From positions 576,001 through 640,000 of the forward strand of contig CAVRUH010000001.1 in assembly GCA_963724325.1 (NCBI GenBank): a stretch of 64,000 nucleotides of DNA, given 5' to 3'. Below, piece after piece: positions 58,146 to 64,000 of this stretch (positions within the stretch are counted from its first letter, which is position 1; each line of letters begins with the position of its first letter). This DNA is from Waddliaceae bacterium (GTDB lineage: Bacteria; Chlamydiota; Chlamydiia; Chlamydiales; Waddliaceae). Position numbers and translations under genes: made by a program. The notes under the pieces were generated by a model. The model was not told where the DNA came from, searched no databases, and saw only the letters and a list, made by a program, of their open reading frames with translations.

Positions 58146-59337
58146 ATGCGAAAGATGCTTGTTACAGATTTAGATTTAAAGGGTAAAAAGGTTCTGATCC
58201 GTGTGGACTATAATGTCCCCATCGATAAGAACGGAAATATTACCGATGACTCACGCATTGAAGCTTCTCTTCCAACAATACGATACGTTCTGGAAAAGGG
58301 GGGCACTCCTATTCTAATGAGCCATCTTGGAAGACCCAAGGGGATGCGAAATACTGCATTTACTCTTGCGCCATGCGCAAAATCCCTTTCAAGAATGCTT
58401 GATAGACCTGTTCTGATGGCTCCCGATTGCATTGGAGACAAAGTTGTACAGTTGATCAAACCTGGAAGTGTTGTACTTCTCGAGAATTTACGTTTTTACG
58501 ATGCTGAAGAACATCCTGAGAAGGATCCTTTATTTGCTGAGAAGCTTGCAAAATTGGGAGACTGCTATGTAAACGATGCTTTTGGAACAGCTCATAGAGC
58601 CCATAGTTCCACAGCCGCAATTTGTAAATATTTTCCTGGAAAGTCAGCAATGGGTTTTCTTATAGAAAAAGAAATAAAATTTCTAAAAGATACTTTTTCT
58701 TCACCTCGACGTCCATTTATAGCCATTATCGGCGGAGCCAAAATTTCTACGAAGTTAGGAGTTATTAAATCCCTTTTAAGTAAAATTGACTCCCTTATCA
58801 TCGGGGGAGGCATGACCTACACCTTTATGAAGGCGCAAGGTAAGAATATTGGCAATTCCATTGTTGAGGATGATCTTCTCGAGGAAGCCAAAGATATATT
58901 GCGAACTTTCCAGAAGGCGGGGGTTTCTTTAAAATTACCTGTGGATCATTTAATTGCCAGAGAGTTATCTGAAAATGCTTTAACAGAGGTTGTGAGCACT
59001 GATTCAGGCATCCCTGAAGGCTTTCAAGGGGTCGATATTGGCCCCGCGACAATTGAAGAATTTAAGGCTCAAATTAAAATCGGGAAAACAGTGTTCTGGA
59101 ATGGTCCCATGGGCATTTTTGAGTATCCCAATTTCGCAAAAGGGACCAATGATATTGCAGAATGCGTGGCAAATCTACCCGCAGCGACAACAATTGTTGG
59201 CGGGGGACTCAGTATCAGCCATCCGCAATGCTAATCTTGCACATAAAATCACCCATCTGTCGACTGGCGGCGGCGCCTCCCTTGAATTCATCGAATTCGG
59301 CACGCTTCCTGGCCTAGAAGCCCTCAGTGATATTTAA
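58146..59337 (+). CDS. pgk: Phosphoglycerate kinase, frameshifted near 59206 (probable assembly error)
   Basis: [38 protein letters not shown]; the GGGDS motif is split and [12 protein letters not shown] continues in another frame. Confidence 0.93.
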
Positions 59338-59351
59338 AGATTTTTTTTACT

Positions 59352-59605
59352 GTCCTGCATATCTTGTGATTTCTCTAGAAAAAAACAGGATATGAAGGAT
59401 CGCAAGCGGCAGGATATGAATGATAATGTAACTACTTACCCTGCTTTAAAACAAAAAGTAATTGACATCATCTTCCTCTAATCCTTCATATCCTGCCGCT
59501 TGCGATCCTGCATATCCTGTTTTCCTTTTGCAGGGAGGTTAACATGGTATCAATATCAATGAGCTCTCTTGTTGGGATATGCAGGATCGCAAGCGGCATG
59601 ATGCG
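59352..59605. repeat. Palindromic MITE/REP-like element, copy 2, between convergent pgk and topA
   Basis: 59382-59544 is the reverse complement of ~2973-3110 with about 5 substitutions plus one extra 24-nt module; a further partial arm lies at 59575-59600. Confidence 0.9.
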
Positions 59606-59638
59606 GAGGATAGGATGAAAAGAGCTCAAAAAGGATAT

Positions 59639-62191
59639 TTACCCTTTACCAATATGTTTGCTGACGATTCCGGTCATTTTGAACATGCTGATAGGTTCGT
59701 TGCTGCCAAATATTTTGGCTAGCTTTTCATCTGGATTGATTGTTCGCTTGTCTACAGAATCCTGAAGTTTGTTGGCTTTGATGTAATCCCAAAGGCTTTT
59801 CATTACATCACCACGGGTTAGTTCATTACTTCCAACAACTAATGCGAGTTCAGGCGAAAGCTTGCTCGGGTGGGTGACTCGCTTTTTTGCTGGTTTTGCA
59901 GCTTCTTTTTTGCCTTTACCTTTTTTTGTCTCAGCTTTTGCCTTGGTTTTTTTAACGTAAGGAGTTCGAACGTGTTCTGGATATTTTTCCATCAGCTGCG
60001 AGAGATCATTTACGATGACGTCGCATTCTGGGAAGGTAGAACATGAATAAAATGTTTTTCCAAATCTGGATTTTCGAGCAACCATATGCCCGGTGCAATC
60101 AATTGCAGGGCATTCAGGCATATCCTCAACAGGAACCACTTCTTCACCTTTCTTGGGAATATTTACAATACCCTTGCACTCAGGATACCTAACGCATCCC
60201 AAAAATGCTCCATAACGTCCGTGGCGGAGTTTCATTTCAGATTCGCATTTTGGACACTTTTGATCCCAATTGAAATTTTCTGCATAATCTTCCTTCTTGA
60301 AGTTGACTTCTTCGGCAGGTGCAGAATAGCGACAGTCGGGATATCTGGAACATCCATAGAAATATTTCGATTTATACCAAATTTTCTGTAGCTTTGATCC
60401 GCAAGTCGGGCAAATAAGATCAGTCATGATTTTGGGGACAAATCCAGAGGTTTCGGCAGTATCTAATGTAGGCTTGAAATCCTTCCAGAAATCGCTGAGG
60501 ATTTGTTTCCAGTCTTTTTCATTAGAGGCTACTTTTTCTAAATCGTCCTCCATTCCAGCAGTGAATCCAATATCCATAATCTTTTGGAAATTGGCTTCTA
60601 AGAGCTCGGCAATAACTCGTCCTAATTCGGTAGGTTTCAAACGGCCGCTCTCTTTAATTGTGTAGTCTCGGCTTTGAATTTTATTCATAATCGAAGCATA
60701 AGTCGATGGGCGTCCGATTCCTAATCTTTCCAGTTCCTTAACTAGCGATGCTTCAGTATACCGTGGAGGTGGTCTTGTAAAGGCTTGATCTGAAGTCAGT
60801 TCAAGTAAAATTAGTTCTTTACCAGCTTCCAAAGGAGGTAACGTGCGACTTTCATCCTGATCGGCATCTTCGTCATTTTTCTCTTCGTACGCGGCGAGAA
60901 ATCCATTGAATTTCATGACTGATCCTGTAGCGCGGACAATTATGTCATTGCCAACATCAATATCAGCAGAAACTGTGTCATAGATGGCGGGCTTCATTTG
61001 CGAGGCAACAAAACGCATCCAGATTAGTTTATATAATTGAAATTGTTCACGCGTGAGGAAGTCTTTAATGGTTTCAGGTGGATACATGAGACTTGCAGGG
61101 CGTATTGCTTCGTGAGCATCTTGAGCACTCTTTTTTGTTGTATATACACGCGGCTCTTCGTCCAAATATTCAGGTCCATAGGTTGTTTTGATAAAATCGC
61201 GGACTGCAGGGATCATTTCAGGGGCGATTCTAACGGAGTCAGTACGCATATATGTAATAAGACCTTCGGGACCTTCTTTGCCGAGATCGACACCCTCATA
61301 AAGTCCCTGTGCAATATTCATTGTTTTGGCTGAAGAATATCCAAAATGGCGGCTTGCTTCCTGTTGCAGAGTTGAAGTTATAAAAGGAGCTACAGGATTG
61401 CGCTTCTTTTCTTTTTTCTCGACAGAAAGAACTTTGTAAGGGCCTGCCTTCATTTTGGCAACGATCGCGTCGGCTTCTTCTTTGGTCGGAATTGTAAATA
61501 CATCTTTGCCCGGTATTGGTTCTTTTTCGATCCTTTTCCCACCGACGGAGTACAAATGGGCTTTAAAAGAACGTTCATCTTCTTTGGTTTTTAAGATGGC
61601 TCCTAAATTCCAGTATTCAACAGGCTTAAAAGCTTCGATTTCTTTTTCTCGATCGACGACAAGTTTAAGAGCAACCGATTGCACTCTTCCTGCTGACACA
61701 AAGCCTTCTCTTCCACGTTGGATTCTTCGGTTCAGAATGGGGGAAATCTTGTAGCCTACGATTCTGTCGAGCATCCTTCTAGCCTGTTGAGCATTTACAA
61801 GAGCTTGATCGATTTCACGAGGTTCATCTAAAGCTTTCAGCACGGCGTCTTTTGTAATGGAATTGAATGAAATTCTTTTAATAACAGTATCTTCCGGCAA
61901 AATCTGTGTGATATGCCAGGCGATAGCTTCTCCTTCGCGGTCGGGGTCGGGGGAGAGATAGACGGTATCACACTCTTTAGCTGCCTTTTGCAGGGCCTTG
62001 ATCACCTTTTCTTTATCGGGCATAGTCACATATTTCGGCTCGAAATTGTTCTCGAGGTCGATGCCGAATTCTTTTTCCGGCAGGTCTCTAATGTGTCCGA
62101 TAGAGGACTCAAAGAGGTATTTAGACCCCAAAAACTTCTTAAGGGTTTTTATTTTCGCCGGTGATTCGACGATTATTAATGACTTTCCCAT
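59639..62191 (-). CDS. topA: DNA topoisomerase I with zinc ribbons and C-terminal SWIB domain
   Basis: IVESPAK, DPDREGEAI, SAGRVQS, LITYMRTDS, C4 ribbons, SWIB LSPELA..TRGDVMKSLWDYIKANKLQD. Confidence 0.97.
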   Translation of the reverse strand: MGKSLIIVESPAKIKTLKKFLGSKYLFESSIGHIRDLPEKEFGIDLENNFEPKYVTMPDKEKVIKALQKAAKECDTVYLSPDPDREGEAIAWHITQILPEDTVIKRISFNSITKDAVLKALDEPREIDQALVNAQQARRMLDRIVGYKISPILNRRIQRGREGFVSAGRVQSVALKLVVDREKEIEAFKPVEYWNLGAILKTKEDERSFKAHLYSVGGKRIEKEPIPGKDVFTIPTKEEADAIVAKMKAGPYKVLSVEKKEKKRNPVAPFITSTLQQEASRHFGYSSAKTMNIAQGLYEGVDLGKEGPEGLITYMRTDSVRIAPEMIPAVRDFIKTTYGPEYLDEEPRVYTTKKSAQDAHEAIRPASLMYPPETIKDFLTREQFQLYKLIWMRFVASQMKPAIYDTVSADIDVGNDIIVRATGSVMKFNGFLAAYEEKNDEDADQDESRTLPPLEAGKELILLELTSDQAFTRPPPRYTEASLVKELERLGIGRPSTYASIMNKIQSRDYTIKESGRLKPTELGRVIAELLEANFQKIMDIGFTAGMEDDLEKVASNEKDWKQILSDFWKDFKPTLDTAETSGFVPKIMTDLICPTCGSKLQKIWYKSKYFYGCSRYPDCRYSAPAEEVNFKKEDYAENFNWDQKCPKCESEMKLRHGRYGAFLGCVRYPECKGIVNIPKKGEEVVPVEDMPECPAIDCTGHMVARKSRFGKTFYSCSTFPECDVIVNDLSQLMEKYPEHVRTPYVKKTKAKAETKKGKGKKEAAKPAKKRVTHPSKLSPELALVVGSNELTRGDVMKSLWDYIKANKLQDSVDKRTINPDEKLAKIFGSNEPISMFKMTGIVSKHIGKG

Positions 62192-63322
62192 TCATGACTC
62201 CATAATTCTTTTATAAATCTTCCCTGGGTGTTCCCTGATTACTTTCTTCAATACTAAACTCATTAACAAAATATTAATTTTATTAATAGGAAGATTTGCT
62301 AATTTTATAATTTCCTCAATACTAAGTTCTTCTTTAGGCAGTTGCGACAGTAATTTCAGCTCATCCGGTTCCAGTTGAGGCATTTGTTTTGGTATTGTAG
62401 CACATTTATATGTAAATAAGCCATTAAATCTATCAAATATGTCATTTGCGCTCTCAATAAGGTCCGCTTCTCCTCGTTTGATTAGAAGATGATTCCCACT
62501 AAAATTGTCGTTATCGACCCTGCCAGGCAGGGCAAAAAGTTTCCTCTTTTGCTCAAGTGCCTGTCGCATGGTGATCATTGCCCCGCTCTTTTCCGCCGGT
62601 GCTTCAATTAGGAGAGTGCCCAATGTCATACCACTTACAATTCTATTGCGCTGAGGGAAATTTTGTCTGTCGGGTGGGGTATCTGGTGGAAATTCACTAA
62701 TTAAAGCCCCTTTGTCTATGATTCTTTGCGCAAGTCCTGTATTTTCTTGGGGATAAATATTTGCGAGGCCAGATCCAATCACCGCGATTGTTCTACCTGT
62801 AGACAAAGCTCCCTCGTGTGCTTCTGTATCAATTCCTCTAGCTAGTCCGCTAATGACAGTAATCCCTGAAGAGGCAAGATCTTTAGATATTTTATAGGCC
62901 ATGTCTTTTCCGTAAATGCTTGCCTGTCTCGTGCCTACCACTGCGATACTATTTTGATCACAGCCTTTGATTTCACCCTTAACGTACAGAAGAATAGGAT
63001 GATCGGTTAGCTCCAGAAGTCGTTTAGGATATTTTGGGCTTGTGAAGGGGATGATTTCTATATCATGACGTTCTGCCAGTTCTAAGCTTTTTGAGCTTCC
63101 ATTGCCCCACCCTTGCATTACTTTAGGTGTGAACCCAGGGATTTCCTTGATTTCTTTTGGATCAGCCCCTAGTGCTGCGATTGCTGACCCGAAGCGTTGC
63201 AAGAGCAATCGGATTTTGATCGATCCGAGATTAGGGGTATCAGTAAGGCTGACTAAAGCGGCAAGTTCTTTCAAAATTATTTCTCCGAAACAAAGATACT
63301 TTGCCAATTTTTCTTGAGACAA
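62192..63322 (-). CDS. dprA: DNA-processing protein DprA/Smf
   Basis: IAVVGTR, ISGLARGID, ALISEF, FPQRNRIVSG; upstream of topA. Confidence 0.95.
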   Translation of the reverse strand: MSQEKLAKYLCFGEIILKELAALVSLTDTPNLGSIKIRLLLQRFGSAIAALGADPKEIKEIPGFTPKVMQGWGNGSSKSLELAERHDIEIIPFTSPKYPKRLLELTDHPILLYVKGEIKGCDQNSIAVVGTRQASIYGKDMAYKISKDLASSGITVISGLARGIDTEAHEGALSTGRTIAVIGSGLANIYPQENTGLAQRIIDKGALISEFPPDTPPDRQNFPQRNRIVSGMTLGTLLIEAPAEKSGAMITMRQALEQKRKLFALPGRVDNDNFSGNHLLIKRGEADLIESANDIFDRFNGLFTYKCATIPKQMPQLEPDELKLLSQLPKEELSIEEIIKLANLPINKINILLMSLVLKKVIREHPGKIYKRIMES

Positions 63323-63354
63323 TCAAGCTATTTCTGCACAAAGATGAAAAACAT

Positions 63355-63382
63355 AAAAAAGGCACCCATTTCTGGGTGCCTT
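63355..63382 (-). terminator. Rho-independent terminator
   Basis: Minus strand AAGGCACCCAGAAATGGGTGCCTTTTTT. Confidence 0.85.
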
Positions 63383-63404
63383 AGGATTGGTTATTTCTTT
63401 CTGT

Positions 63405-63590
63405 TTAGAAAGAAACGGTGATTCTGCCTCGAATTCTTACTGGTTCCGTAGAACCTTTCGATTCAGAACCTACAACATATCGTCCATTGACAAGGACTCT
63501 TAACTTCGGTTCAAAATGCGCTTCAATTTGTTCATTGCGTTCTTCTTGTTTCACCTCATCAACAGCGAGTGAGCATGTTTTAGGACTCAC
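63405..63590 (-). CDS. Small hypothetical protein (61 aa, GTG start)
   Basis: GGAG ~9 nt before GTG; the ORF ends just before the terminator. Confidence 0.45.
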   Translation of the reverse strand: MSPKTCSLAVDEVKQEERNEQIEAHFEPKLRVLVNGRYVVGSESKGSTEPVRIRGRITVSF

Positions 63591-63717
63591 TGGCTAATTC
63601 TCCAGCCTACCCAATGTCGTGGGTAGTTTCCTGAGAACGTCATTTTTTGTAGAATGACAATTCTCTTATGTTTCAACTTCCTGCTTAGGTACTTACCTCA
63701 GCAAGGTTTGTTTCTAA

Positions 63718-63768
63718 TTAATTTTCCAAATGTCCCAAAGGTCGTGGTTTCGAGCGATACAGCCTCAT
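63718..63768 (-). CDS. Candidate 16-aa small ORF / leader peptide MRLYRSKPRPLGHLEN
   Basis: Preceded by AGGAGGTGA, a 9-nt perfect complement of this organism's 16S 3' tail. Confidence 0.45.
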   Translation of the reverse strand: MRLYRSKPRPLGHLEN

Positions 63769-63824
63769 GTCACCTCCTCTTTGCTCTTTCGTTCCACTTT
63801 TTTTAGGCGCTAAATCTACCAGAT

Positions 63825-63853
63825 ATTCTCTCAGAATTTCTGGTTAAGGTCAA
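63825..63853 (-). promoter_or_regulatory. Putative sigma66 promoter
   Basis: Minus strand TTGACC-17 bp-GAGAAT. Confidence 0.5.
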
Positions 63854-64000
63854 CATTTTTTTAATATATTGCCTTAACAATTTTGTGTATCATTATCTGA
63901 ATAATGATGCAACTAAATTATTTATTCCTTTGTGCGATATAATCGGATAACTTGATGCCGCCACTTTCCAATTGATTATTTATTAGTTTAAAAGCATCTG

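Noticed and set aside
59639..59900. Eukaryote-like SWIB domain fused to TopA as a novelty
   Set aside because: This fusion is an established feature of chlamydial TopA.
63383..63800. tmRNA, RNase P RNA or SRP RNA
   Set aside because: No tRNA-like GGGG...CCA ends, no GAGGAAAGTCC and no SRP loop motif; kept as an unknown structured transcript.

Overview
This 64 kb window is chromosomal DNA from an environmental member of the phylum Chlamydiae. The assignment rests on chlamydial 16S signatures, tRNA-less rRNA spacers, a TopA-SWIB fusion, rnc-radA synteny and a DUF2709-tsaE-engB-dnaQ run. It holds two rRNA operons in direct tandem, each followed by an array of ~9-nt ATGGAC/GTCCAT repeats, plus housekeeping genes (nqrF, nadE, efp-epmA, rlmB, radA, rnc, argS, pgk, topA, dprA) and tRNA-Ser(GGA). 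Three accessory patches (about 20-35, 39-48 and 50.5-58 kb) carry an RND efflux system, intact and decayed toxin-antitoxin modules, effector-like proteins, four solitary AAA-ATPase/nuclease genes each behind its own palindromic operator-like site, and a stand-alone fully reducing type I PKS. Items absent from the ORF track: a ribosomal protein bTHX gene, a dispersed MITE/REP-like palindrome, a 46-bp direct repeat bracketing an Inc-like gene, a structured small-ORF transcript upstream of dprA, and local GC-skew flips, one of them inside the PKS gene. A pgk frameshift and odd rRNA polymorphisms suggest residual assembly errors. All calls come from motif recognition by eye; no database searches were run.
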